Below are positions 49,021 through 58,253 of a DNA stretch of 64,000 nt, piece by piece. The translations under genes and the position numbers were made by a program. The stretch covers positions 544,001 through 608,000 of the forward strand of contig CAVZVA010000010.1 in assembly GCA_963778655.1 (NCBI GenBank), in the 5' to 3' direction. The notes under the pieces are model-generated. The model did no database searches and was not told where the DNA came from. It saw nothing but the letters and a program-made list of their open reading frames with translations. Each line of letters opens with the position of its first letter. The stretch's first letter is position 1. This DNA is from an uncultured delta proteobacterium. GTDB lineage: Bacteria; Myxococcota_A; Polyangia; Polyangiales; JAFGIB01.

Positions 49021-49631
49021 TTATTCGTCTCGAAGCCAGGACGGAGGAGGAACGAGACGTAGTCCGGGCTGCATTCGTTGCTCAAGGACGCGGATGAAGT
49101 CTCTGTAGCCGGAGGCAAACGCAAGGATGCCCAGCTGCGTGCCATCGTGCAGCGTTAGGATCGCGCTAGCTTCGAGACCCGAGAGTCCACTCCAGTCGAG
49201 CGTGGTGTCGCAGACCGTGGCTGCTGCGACTCCGGACCAGGAGACGTGCGCAACGTCGGTGCCCACGGCGAGTTGGAAGCCGTCCTGCGTGGGGATGACG
49301 CTCCATGAGGAACTCGGGCCCAGAACGAACCCAGCGCGAACTAGCCCGAAGTGAGGCCAAGCGAGCGCGACCGCGAAGAAGGATCCCGGAAGTGCAAAGG
49401 AAGAGGTACCAGAGCGACCTCGGAAAGAGCACAACGGCAAACGCCAGTATCGCGGCGACTACGCTCCAGTGAAGGAGCCACGTTCGTCGGCGTAGCCCGC
49501 GCCACGCGGATACGACTCTGCTGCGTTCGCGATCGTGCATCTGGCGCAGGGAAGACACCTAACAGACCAGGAGCGTCGAGTATACGCTCTCCTCGCGGCG
49601 CTACCGGCCTTCGCGCTAAGTGCGCTTGCAT
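49021..49631 (-). pseudogene. Cassette membrane protein gene, apparently frameshifted
   Basis: ATG just after R'; hydrophobic segments are split over three overlapping frames. Confidence 0.45.
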
Positions 49632-49633
49632 CC

Positions 49634-49804
49634 GCCTAACGGGATTGGGCTTCAGCTGCGAAGACCCGCCCGAGGTTAGCGGGTCGCGCGGCCGCGGGCC
49701 CGCGACTCCGCTTGCAGCTTACCACAACCGTCGCGGGCCCGCGTGCGGTGACGCTTCTGCCGGGCAGTAGGCGGGTCTTCGTCAGCTGCAAGCCCTAGTT
49801 GGGC
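49634..49804 (-). other. attC site (first cassette)
   Basis: gcctaac-cttcagctgcgaagacccgcc / ggcgggtcttcgtcagctgcaag-gttgggc. Confidence 0.92.
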
Positions 49805-49814
49805 GGCACTACGC

Positions 49815-50609
49815 CTAAGTAAGCTCCAAGAGATCGTACATGATCGTGTCGACGTAGCGTCGAATCTGCTCTACTTCACGCTTGCTTTCATGTACGTGCG
49901 CGGCGACGGACGCCCGGTTGTAGATAGCTCGAGTAATCTCCCCGCTCAGCTCTTCCACAAGTGAGGCGCTCTTCTCTGTTGACTCCCGCTGGGTCTTGTT
50001 CTTGCCGCGCGATGTGAGAACGAATTTCACCTTCTGTTTCATGGTGGGTTTCGTTTGAGCTTGCTCGAGCTTGAAGCCAGGTTGCGCGGCCACCTTGTCG
50101 TCGGGAGCCAGGTGGTCGAGCACCTCGCGGAGCGCTTCTCGGAACTCCGCCGCGGTTCCACGGTAAGAAAGCCTGCTCTGCGACCGTAAGTCTAGGAGAC
50201 CCTGCCGGTAGGAGATCGCGGCGCTCGGGACGAGACGCTCCAGCGTGTCGATGAGCATCTTTTCGGTCGCGGTCAAGGGAGGCGTGTCTGCCGGATTCGT
50301 GTGCGCAACCAGGGTGGCTACATTGAACGCCGCGAGTTCTCGGCGCAGACCCTTGACCGTCTTCACATACGTTCGTCGAGCGTTGTTTCCGTGCGCAAGC
50401 CGGATGAGATGCTGCCACTTCTCGTCGTGCGCGGCGATGACAGTGGGGTCCCCAGCACTGTTCACGATGCTCGGTCGAAGCTCGGCAAAATATGTCTTTG
50501 CGAGTGTGATCGCGACTTGTTTCGAATCCTGGTCATTGACGTTGACCGAGGTTCCGCGCCGCAGCTGGGCGGCTAACCCGTCCAGCCGCGTCAGCATATC
50601 CTGGATCAT
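49815..50609 (-). CDS. Putative HEPN-like nuclease (resembles the pPIWI-associated nuclease domain)
   Basis: REALREVLDHLAPD...PTMKQKV and C-terminal RX5H (RASVAAH). Confidence 0.6.
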   Translation of the reverse strand: MIQDMLTRLDGLAAQLRRGTSVNVNDQDSKQVAITLAKTYFAELRPSIVNSAGDPTVIAAHDEKWQHLIRLAHGNNARRTYVKTVKGLRRELAAFNVATLVAHTNPADTPPLTATEKMLIDTLERLVPSAAISYRQGLLDLRSQSRLSYRGTAAEFREALREVLDHLAPDDKVAAQPGFKLEQAQTKPTMKQKVKFVLTSRGKNKTQRESTEKSASLVEELSGEITRAIYNRASVAAHVHESKREVEQIRRYVDTIMYDLLELT

Positions 50610-51196
50610 TTGCGAGTCCGGCGGGCCTGAGACCGAGGCTTGCGAGCGCGAGTCTTTGGCGCTGCTTTATCGCCGCGCGGCAAACTATGAGCGACGAGAT
50701 TGTGCCCCACTGCGTTGAGTTGATATGCGCCCGCGCCTGCCGAGTCCAGGTAACCAGCGTTTCTCGCGTTCGTCAGGGTGAATTTCGCCTGCGCAGGCAG
50801 TGGGAAGCCAGCGATCTGAAACTGGTCCTCGATGTCCTTCGCGTTGATCGATTTCTTCTTCTCTGGTGAGATGTGCGCGAGGTAGTAGGCCACAACTGCG
50901 GCCATTTCGTTGGCGGAATGAGGTTGCTTTTGTTCCTTGAACTGCCGGATGTGAATCGGGCCGCCAGCCGGCTGCTCGCGCTCGGCGCGCGGGGCGGTCT
51001 GGAGCGCTTCGTTGGCCGGTGCATCGACCCCTGCAACGCTCGCCGATGGATTCACTATGCCGAGTCGTTTTAGGACGTACTCCAGCACATTGTTACGCAC
51101 GGCAGGGCTGAGCGGCGCGAGCGCCGAGAGAATGGCCTTTATCGCGTCGATCTCGTTTTCGACATCGAGGTTCTCAGGATCATTTTGCTGGGGCAT
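50606..51196 (-). CDS. Hypothetical protein with a predicted winged-helix domain
   Basis: AVVAYYL...DIEDQF...GYL...YQLNAVG; ATGA-coupled to the downstream gene. Confidence 0.65.
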   Translation of the reverse strand: MPQQNDPENLDVENEIDAIKAILSALAPLSPAVRNNVLEYVLKRLGIVNPSASVAGVDAPANEALQTAPRAEREQPAGGPIHIRQFKEQKQPHSANEMAAVVAYYLAHISPEKKKSINAKDIEDQFQIAGFPLPAQAKFTLTNARNAGYLDSAGAGAYQLNAVGHNLVAHSLPRGDKAAPKTRARKPRSQARRTRK

Positions 51197-51454
51197 GGGC
51201 TGGTCTCATTCCGGTTCGGCGCGGCAGATGGACGCGCTGGTCATTCGCCGATCACGCTACATGTCATGGTGCGTCCGTCAATAACGTGCGTCGTCTGTGG
51301 GAGCGTGACCGGCCTGGCGCTCCTTGGGTGGTTTGACCGAAACTGCTTGGATCTAATGGCGATCTCAGGCGGCGCCATGATGTGGAGCGGCGGTCCTGTG
51401 ATACTCCGAATTGCGTGATAGGAGCGCGATCGGGCGATCGTCTCTTTCCTGTCC

Positions 51455-51480
51455 GCCCAACTATAGGTAGCCTGTCGGGG
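51455..51480 (-). other. Candidate attI recombination site
   Basis: Minus-strand GTTGGGCGG complements the first cassette's R'' (CCGCCCAAC), has no attC hairpin and lies 50 bp 3' of the intI stop. Confidence 0.7.
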
Positions 51481-51511
51481 GCGGACTGGCTAGATCGGTT
51501 GGGGGCGGGGG

Positions 51512-52528
51512 TTATTTGTTGGGATGTCGCGGGGTTGGGGGGTGATCTTGTTGGGGTGTTAGGCTGTCGAGGTTGGACAGCCTAGATCCTGGAGGGAAAC
51601 GGGGCGAGGGGAGCCGGAGGGTGTCGAGAGGGCTCTGGACGCCCAAGGGGCCTCGGTTGAGGACGTGGGTGTAGATCATCGTGGTACTGACATCCTTGTG
51701 GCCCAGGAGCTCCTGGATGGTGCGTATGTCGTAGCCCTGCTCAAGCAGGTGGGTGGCGAAGGAATGCCGGAGGGTGTGACAACTCGCAGGCTTGGAGAGC
51801 TTCGCCGCGCGGGCGGCGCGCTTTACCGCGCGCTGCAACGCCGTTTCGTGAAAGTGGTGGCGATATCGCAGACCGTCGGCGGGATCGACATATGTCCGGG
51901 TGGCGGGGAACACCCATTGCCACGGCCACTCGCGTGCGGCGTTCGGATACTTCCGCTTGAGCGCGTCTGGAAGCCTGACGTAGCCACGCTTGTGCTCGGG
52001 CAAGCGCTCCATCTCCGCTCGAAACCGCTCCACGTGCTGGCGGAGCGGCGCGATCAAACCGGCTGGAAGCATCGTGATCCGATCCTTGCGACCCTTGCCG
52101 TCGCGAACGACCACTTCGCCTCGGTCGAGGGCGAGGTCCTTGATCCGAAGCCGGCAGCATTCGAGCAAGCGCAGCCCCGACCCGTACAGCAGCCCTGCCA
52201 TCAGCTGTGGCGTGTCCTGGAGCTGACCGAGCAACGCAGCGACTTCGGCTCGCGACAGCACTACGGGCAAGCGCTCGGGCCGCTTGGCCTTGACCAGGCC
52301 GTCGAGCCACTCGAAGGGCAGCTCGAGCACGCGCCGGTACAGGAAGATCAACGCACTGAGAGTTTCCTCCCCCGGTACGACGTTCTCACGCAAGCGCCGG
52401 TCTGCGTGGCGGAAGGTCGCAAGAACGGCTGCGGCCGCACGAGCGCCGTGGTAGACGCCTCGGGTGGCCGGGTCCAATAGAGGCACGCGCGGCGACTCGG
52501 ACGAAGCCGTCGCGGCCGGCGACTCCAT
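51512..52528 (-). CDS. intI: Integron integrase; N-terminal domain apparently missing
   Basis: [14 protein letters not shown], IntI-specific insert ([23 protein letters not shown]), [20 protein letters not shown]; recognisable similarity starts only at ~52360. Confidence 0.9.
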   Translation of the reverse strand: MESPAATASSESPRVPLLDPATRGVYHGARAAAAVLATFRHADRRLRENVVPGEETLSALIFLYRRVLELPFEWLDGLVKAKRPERLPVVLSRAEVAALLGQLQDTPQLMAGLLYGSGLRLLECCRLRIKDLALDRGEVVVRDGKGRKDRITMLPAGLIAPLRQHVERFRAEMERLPEHKRGYVRLPDALKRKYPNAAREWPWQWVFPATRTYVDPADGLRYRHHFHETALQRAVKRAARAAKLSKPASCHTLRHSFATHLLEQGYDIRTIQELLGHKDVSTTMIYTHVLNRGPLGVQSPLDTLRLPSPRFPPGSRLSNLDSLTPQQDHPPTPRHPNK

Positions 52529-53282
52529 CGTGTTCGACCGCGCCGCCGGCTACTACGACCGGACGCGCGGGTATCCGGCAGGCGTGGGCGAGCAGGTGGC
52601 GGAGCTGCTTTGCCGCGCGGGCGGGCTCGGGCCCGGCAGCCGGGTGCTCGAGGTAGGCGTGGGCACGGGGCGGATTGCGCTTCCGCTCGCTGCGCGTGTG
52701 GGGTGCGTGGCTGGCGTCGACCGCTCGCGGCCGATGCTGGGGCGGCTGCAGGCGAAGCAATGCGGCGAGCCCGCGTTGCCCGTGATCGCCGATGCGCTGC
52801 AGCTGCCGTTCGCAAACGCTTGCTTCGATGCCGTGGTCGCCGTGCACGTGTTTCATCTGCTGCCCGGCTGGCGGCAGGCCCTGCGGGAAATCAGCCGCGT
52901 GCTCGTAGCCGGCGGACGCCTGCTCGAAGCCGAAGACAGCCAGCTCTTGCCCGAGCTGTGGACCGAGGCGAGCGCGAGCGCGAGCGCGCCCACGCCGCAG
53001 AACGTGGGCGTGGCGCGCGGCGTGCTCGACTTTCCGCTGCGGGCAGGGTTCGTCAGGGTCGCGGAAACGCTCACGCTGCGCTACCCCGTGCGACTCGAGC
53101 TGTCGACCTTCCTGCGCGAGATCGAGCAACGCGTGTGGTCTGCGACCTGGCGCCTGAGCGACGCGGACCACGCGCGCCTGCTCGACGCCATGCGCGCCGC
53201 GGTCGGCGCGCGCTACGGCAGCCTCGATGCGGTGCTCGAGCTCGAGCGCGAGCTCTCGGTGCGGGTGTATGCGCCGAGCTGA
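52464..53282 (+). CDS. Class I SAM-dependent methyltransferase
   Basis: [22 protein letters not shown] and DALQLPF motifs. Confidence 0.88.
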   Translation: MAGSNRGTRGDSDEAVAAGDSIVFDRAAGYYDRTRGYPAGVGEQVAELLCRAGGLGPGSRVLEVGVGTGRIALPLAARVGCVAGVDRSRPMLGRLQAKQCGEPALPVIADALQLPFANACFDAVVAVHVFHLLPGWRQALREISRVLVAGGRLLEAEDSQLLPELWTEASASASAPTPQNVGVARGVLDFPLRAGFVRVAETLTLRYPVRLELSTFLREIEQRVWSATWRLSDADHARLLDAMRAAVGARYGSLDAVLELERELSVRVYAPS

Positions 53283-53506
53283 GCAGCGCCAGCGCAGCCA
53301 GCGGTCGCCGCTGGCTTTGGCCCTCGCCCGCGCGCCGCGCGCGCCCGGTGATGGCTCGGCGGCGGGCGCCGCCAGCCGCACGCCGCATTCGCGCACGAGC
53401 CCCAACCGATTGACGGCCCCTGGGCTTTGCGCGAGACCCTCAGAGGCTCGCGCCTCCGCCACCTGATAAAGGCGCCGGCCACGCGAGCCGCCGACCCGAG
53501 GAAGCC

Positions 53507-54406
53507 ATGCCCACCCTTCATCACTTGAAGACCCTGGCCAACGAGCCGCTGCTGCACGTGGCGGGCGGCCCGATCACGCTGTTCTCGCTGCTCACCGGAG
53601 TGCTGATCATCGTCGTCTCCTACGTGGTGGCGACGTTCGCCGGCCGAGGGGTGACGCGCCTGCTCGCGCAACGCGAGGTGGCGCACGGGGCGCGCTTCGC
53701 GCTGGCGAAGATCACCCGGTACTTCATTCTGTTGCTCGGCACGCTGATCTCGCTGATGTCGCTCGGCATCCGGCTCGACGCGTTGCTGGCGGCCTCGACC
53801 GTGGTGCTGGTCGGCATCGGCTTCGGGCTGCAGAACATCGCGCAGAACTTCATCTCGGGCCTGATCCTGTTGGTCGAGCGCCCTGTCGCGCGTGGCGACT
53901 TCGTGCGGATCGGTGACGCGCTGGGCTCGGTGACCGACGTGGGCATGCGCGCGACGCACGTGGTCACCCGCGATGAGGTCACCATCATCGTGCCCAACAG
54001 CGAGCTCATCTCCGGGCAGGTGGTCAACCACTCGGTGCCCACCACCAACCTCCGCATCGCGGTGCACGTGGGCGTGGCCTACGGCACGGACACGGCGCTG
54101 GTGCGCGACACCTTGCTGGCGGTCGCGCGCGCGGACTCCGCCCTGCTCCAGAGCCCCGACCCCGAGGTGCGCTTCGACGACTTTGGCGACTCGAGCCTCG
54201 ACTTCACGCTGCTGGCGTGGATCGCCAACCCGCGCGAGGATCTGCGGAGCGCGTCACGCTTGCGTTTCGCGATCGACGCGGCGTTCCGCACCGCCGATAT
54301 CCAGATCCCCTTCCCGCAGCGCGATGTTCACGTGCGCACGCTGCCCGAGGACGCCCCTGCTGTGCCCCTCGTGGTCGGCCAGCGCTCGAAGAGCCGCTCG
54401 GCCTGA
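53507..54406 (+). CDS. MscS mechanosensitive channel
   Basis: GIGFGLQNIAQNFISG, IVPNS, GVAYG and IPFPQRDV motifs. Confidence 0.93.
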   Translation: MPTLHHLKTLANEPLLHVAGGPITLFSLLTGVLIIVVSYVVATFAGRGVTRLLAQREVAHGARFALAKITRYFILLLGTLISLMSLGIRLDALLAASTVVLVGIGFGLQNIAQNFISGLILLVERPVARGDFVRIGDALGSVTDVGMRATHVVTRDEVTIIVPNSELISGQVVNHSVPTTNLRIAVHVGVAYGTDTALVRDTLLAVARADSALLQSPDPEVRFDDFGDSSLDFTLLAWIANPREDLRSASRLRFAIDAAFRTADIQIPFPQRDVHVRTLPEDAPAVPLVVGQRSKSRSA

Positions 54407-54507
54407 CGCCGCGCGTTCTGCGCGCCCGCGGCGGCCTTGACCCGCGGCCCTCCCCGGCCCATGCAAAGCGGTCGCGGCCGCCACGCCTGCGCGGCCCATG
54501 GAGGACC

Positions 54508-55020
54508 ATGTCTGAGATCTATCCGTTCATCGTGCAGTACACCAAGATGCTCAAGAATCTGGAGCGCTGGCTGGACAAGGGCGTGGCGCACGCCAAGGCC
54601 AAGGGCTACGACCCGGCGGTGCTGTTGCAGTCGCGGCTGGCGCCCGACATGTTCCCGCTGATCCACCAGATCCAGTCGGCGTGCGACGGGCCCAAGCTGC
54701 TGGCCGCGCGCCTGGCGGGCCGCGAGCCGCCCAAGCACCCCGACACCGAGGAGACGCTCGAGCAGATCCGCGCGCGCATCAAGACCGTGCTGCAGTATCT
54801 GGGCACGTTCAGCGCCAAGGACTTCGAAGGCGCGGACAAGCGCATGGTCCCGCTCGGCTTCATGCCCGGCAAGGGCATGACCGCGAGCGACTTCCTGCTG
54901 GAGATGAGTCTGCCCAACACGTATTTCCACATCGTCACGGCCTACGCGATCCTGCGCCACAACGGGGTGGAGCTGGGCAAGACCGACTACATCGGCTCGC
55001 TCAACCTGCGCGACCTGTAG
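54508..55020 (+). CDS. DUF1993 family protein
   Basis: RLAPDMFPL and PNTYFHIVTAYAILRHNGVELGKTDY motifs. Confidence 0.9.
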   Translation: MSEIYPFIVQYTKMLKNLERWLDKGVAHAKAKGYDPAVLLQSRLAPDMFPLIHQIQSACDGPKLLAARLAGREPPKHPDTEETLEQIRARIKTVLQYLGTFSAKDFEGADKRMVPLGFMPGKGMTASDFLLEMSLPNTYFHIVTAYAILRHNGVELGKTDYIGSLNLRDL

Positions 55021-55098
55021 CTCGGACCGGCGTGCCGGGCGCCGCAGGCCGCGGGCCACGGTTGCCTGCGCACGCCCAGCCGTCGCATAGTGGCGGCC

Positions 55099-55710
55099 AT
55101 GAGCTCATCGTTTCGCACGCTGCGCGCGTTGCTGCCGTTTTTGCTCGCGTCGGTCTGGCTGCCGGGGGCGCTTGCGCTGCACGGCTGCGGCTACAACGAG
55201 GTGATCGAGCGCGACGAGGACGTGAAGGCGGCCTGGGCCGAGGTGCAGAACCAGTACAAGCGCCGCGCCGATCTGGTACCGAACCTGGTCAAGGTGGTTC
55301 AGGGGTCCGCCAACTTCGAGCGCGACACGCTCAAGCAGGTGGTGCAGGCGCGGGCCAGCGTGGCCGGCGTCAAGGTGGACGCCTCGACCATCGACGACCC
55401 CAAGAAGCTGGCGGCGTTCGAGGCGGCACAGGCCAAGCTCAGCTCCGCGCTCTCGCGCCTGCTGGTGGTCTCGGAAAACTACCCCGACCTGAAGGCGAGC
55501 GCGTCCTTCCGCGACTTGCAGGCGCAGCTCGAAGGCACCGAGAACCGCATCGCGGTGGCGCGGCGCCGCTACATCGAGTCGGTGGCCGAATACAACAAGG
55601 TGGTGCTGCGCTTCCCCTCCAGCATCGGCGCCTCGATGCGCGGCAAGCGCGAGCGACCCACCTTCACCGGCTCGGCGGCTGACGAAAAGCCGCCCGAGAT
55701 CAAGCTGTAA
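55099..55710 (+). CDS. lemA: LemA family lipoprotein
   Basis: GCGYN, QYKRRADLVPNLV, ENYPDLKA and LEGTENRI motifs. Confidence 0.93.
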   Translation: MSSSFRTLRALLPFLLASVWLPGALALHGCGYNEVIERDEDVKAAWAEVQNQYKRRADLVPNLVKVVQGSANFERDTLKQVVQARASVAGVKVDASTIDDPKKLAAFEAAQAKLSSALSRLLVVSENYPDLKASASFRDLQAQLEGTENRIAVARRRYIESVAEYNKVVLRFPSSIGASMRGKRERPTFTGSAADEKPPEIKL

Positions 55711-56520
55711 ATGGTGACCGCGCTGCGGCGGCCGTTGCGCGCGCGTGCGCCGGGGCTCGGCCTGCTGCTGGGGGTGGCCCTGGCGCTCGGGCTGACGCAT
55801 GCCGCGCGCGCCAGCGACGTACCGGCGCTGCACGGCCACGTCAACGACTACGCGCACGTGCTGGCAGCGGACCGCGCGGCCTCGCTCGAGACGCGCCTCA
55901 GCGACTACGAGCAGCAGACCGGACACCAGCTCGCGCTGCTGACCGTGCAGAGCCTGCGGGGCGAAAGCATCGAGGGCTTCAGCATGGCCGTGGCCGAGCA
56001 CTGGAAGCTCGGCCACAAAGGCAAGGACGACGGTCTGATCCTGCTGGTGGTGCCGGCCGAGCACAAGATGCGCATCGAGGTCGGCTACGGGCTCGAGGGC
56101 GTGATCCCGGACGCGGTGGCTGCACGCGTGATCCGCGAGCAGCTCGCGCCCGCGTTTCGCCGCGGCGACTTCGCCGGCGGCATCGACGCAGCGTTCGGCG
56201 TGTTGATGCACGCCGCGAGCGGCGAAGGCCTCCCGGCCGGCACGCCTGCGCACAAGCCGAGGCTGCACACGCCCGGCGCCGGCACCGCGCTTTCGCTGCT
56301 GCTGCCGCTGTTCTTCCCTCTGGTGATCTTCGTGCTGCTGGCCCTGCTCTCGCGCGGCGGCGGCAGAAAGCGGCGGCGCCTGGGCGGTGGCTATTTTATC
56401 GGGCCGAGCTGGGGCGGCGGTTTGGGCGGCGGCGGCGGGTTCAGTGGCGGGGGCGGCGGCGGCGGCTTCGGCGGCGGCGGGGGCGGCTTCGGCGGCGGCG
56501 GCGCGTCGGGAGGCTGGTGA
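55711..56520 (+). CDS. TPM domain protein (YgcG-like)
   Basis: RIEVGYGLEG and Gly-rich GGGASGGW tail. Confidence 0.92.
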   Translation: MVTALRRPLRARAPGLGLLLGVALALGLTHAARASDVPALHGHVNDYAHVLAADRAASLETRLSDYEQQTGHQLALLTVQSLRGESIEGFSMAVAEHWKLGHKGKDDGLILLVVPAEHKMRIEVGYGLEGVIPDAVAARVIREQLAPAFRRGDFAGGIDAAFGVLMHAASGEGLPAGTPAHKPRLHTPGAGTALSLLLPLFFPLVIFVLLALLSRGGGRKRRRLGGGYFIGPSWGGGLGGGGGFSGGGGGGGFGGGGGGFGGGGASGGW

Positions 56521-56524
56521 GGCG

Positions 56525-57148
56525 ATGGCGCTCTTCGACGCTGCGGCCCGGGCCCGCATCGAGGCCACCATCGCCGAGACCGAGCGCGGCACCGCGGGCG
56601 AGATCGTGGTGCTGGCGGTGCCGGCGAGCGACGACTACCACGACCTGCGCCTGCTCTACGCCGGCGCGCTGGCGCTGGCCGCGGCGGCGGTCGCGCACCT
56701 GCTTTCGCCAGCGCTCGGCGTCAGCACTTTGCTGTGGCTGCAAATCGCGGTTGCCGTGCTCGCCTTCTTCGCGCTCGGGCTGCGGCCGCTGCTGCGCGCG
56801 ATCGTGCCGGGCCCGCGCGCGCTGCACGCGGTGGAGCGCCGCGCGCACGAGGAGTTCCTGATTCGCGAAATCTTCGCCACCCGCGATCGCACCGGCGTGC
56901 TGCTGCTGCTCTCGGAGCTGGAGCAGAAGGTGGTGATCCTGGGTGACGCCGGCATCCACGCGCGCGTACAGAGCGCCGGCTGGCAGCAGCACGTGAGCCA
57001 CATCGTCAGCGCGATCCGCGCCGGCCGCCCTGCGGACGGGGTGTGCGAGGTGATCGAGGCGCTGGGCGCGACCTTCGCCGTCGCGCTCCCGCCCCGCCCC
57101 GACGACCGGAACGAGCTGCCCAACACGGTGGAGGAAGAGCCGCGCTGA
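56525..57148 (+). CDS. TPM/DUF477-like membrane protein
   Basis: TAGEIVV, TRDRTGVL and NELPN motifs; third gene of the lemA operon. Confidence 0.88.
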   Translation: MALFDAAARARIEATIAETERGTAGEIVVLAVPASDDYHDLRLLYAGALALAAAAVAHLLSPALGVSTLLWLQIAVAVLAFFALGLRPLLRAIVPGPRALHAVERRAHEEFLIREIFATRDRTGVLLLLSELEQKVVILGDAGIHARVQSAGWQQHVSHIVSAIRAGRPADGVCEVIEALGATFAVALPPRPDDRNELPNTVEEEPR

Positions 57149-57377
57149 ATCAGAGCTCGCGATTCGGGATCGAATCACAGTCGCCGTTTTCGAATCGTAG
57201 TCGGTCACTGGGACCGGCAGCGCCCGTCCCGCGCACGCTGGGTGCAGATCCACAGCAACACGGGAGGACGGCAAGACCAGCTCGATCTCTGCGCTTCCCG
57301 CCTTGGGGCCTGCCTGTTGCGTCTCCGCAGAAGGCCGGCTCTGGGCACACGCTCGCGAGCAAGCCTTGCTGCGCGCG

Positions 57378-58253
57378 CTACTTCTCGACCAGCTTGCCGT
57401 ACAGCTCGGGCCGGCGGTCGCGCAGCAGCCCCATCCAGTCGCGCTCCTGCCGCCACGCCTGCAAGTCGAGCCGCGCCAGCGCCACGCCTTCTTGCTCGCG
57501 GTCGAGCTCGGCCACGATCTCGCCGCGCCCGTCGGCGATGAAGCTGCTGCCGTAGAAGCGCTGCCCGCCCTCGACGCCGACGCGGTTGCTGGCCGCGAGC
57601 GGCAGCGTGTTCGCGACCGCATGGCCCAGCATCACGCGCCGCCAGGCGGGCTGGGTGTCGACCTCGGGCCGCAGCGGCTCGCTGCCGATCGCACTGGGAT
57701 ACAGCAGCAGGTCGGCGCCCAGCAGCGCCAGCGCGCGCGCGCACTCGGGAAACCACTGGTCCCAGCAGATGCCCACCCCGATCCGCCCATAGCGCGTGGC
57801 GAACACGCGAAAGCCGGTGTCGCCGGGCGCGAAGAAATGCTTCTCCTCGTAGCCGGCGCCGTCCGGGATGTGGCTCTTGCGGTAGCGCCCGAGCTCGCGG
57901 CCGTCGGCGTCGAGCACCAGCACGCTGTTGTAGCAGCGCTGGCCCGCCCGCTCGAAGTAGCTCACCGGAATCACCAGCTCGTGCACGCGCGCGAGCAGGC
58001 GCATCGCCTCGACCACGCGGCTGCGCTCGGCCGGCTCGGCCAGCGCGAACGCCGCGTCATCGGTCACGCGCGGGAAGTAGCGCGAGGCGAACAGCTCCGG
58101 CAGCAGCACGACCTGCGCGCCGCGCGCCGCGGCCTCGGCCACCTGCTCGCCGGCACGGCCGAGGTTTCGATCGACGTCGTCGCCGAGCGCCAGCTGCACC
58201 ACCGCCACGCAGACCGCCTCGCTCGCGCCGGCGCTGGCGCCGCCGCCGCTCAT
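57378..58253 (-). CDS. aguB: N-carbamoylputrescine amidase
   Basis: PELF, YRKSHIP and GICWDQWFPE nitrilase triad; coupled to aguA. Confidence 0.9.
   Translation of the reverse strand: MSGGGASAGASEAVCVAVVQLALGDDVDRNLGRAGEQVAEAAARGAQVVLLPELFASRYFPRVTDDAAFALAEPAERSRVVEAMRLLARVHELVIPVSYFERAGQRCYNSVLVLDADGRELGRYRKSHIPDGAGYEEKHFFAPGDTGFRVFATRYGRIGVGICWDQWFPECARALALLGADLLLYPSAIGSEPLRPEVDTQPAWRRVMLGHAVANTLPLAASNRVGVEGGQRFYGSSFIADGRGEIVAELDREQEGVALARLDLQAWRQERDWMGLLRDRRPELYGKLVEK

Larger units (their letters stand above)
31167..51461 (-). mobile_element. Integron cassette array (14 attC sites; last cassette material extends to about 29.8 kb)
   Basis: Recurrent RYYYAAC-N5-GTTGCAGC...GCTGAAC-N8/9-GTTRRRY palindromes on the minus strand between unrelated ORFs, next to intI. 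Confidence 0.93.
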
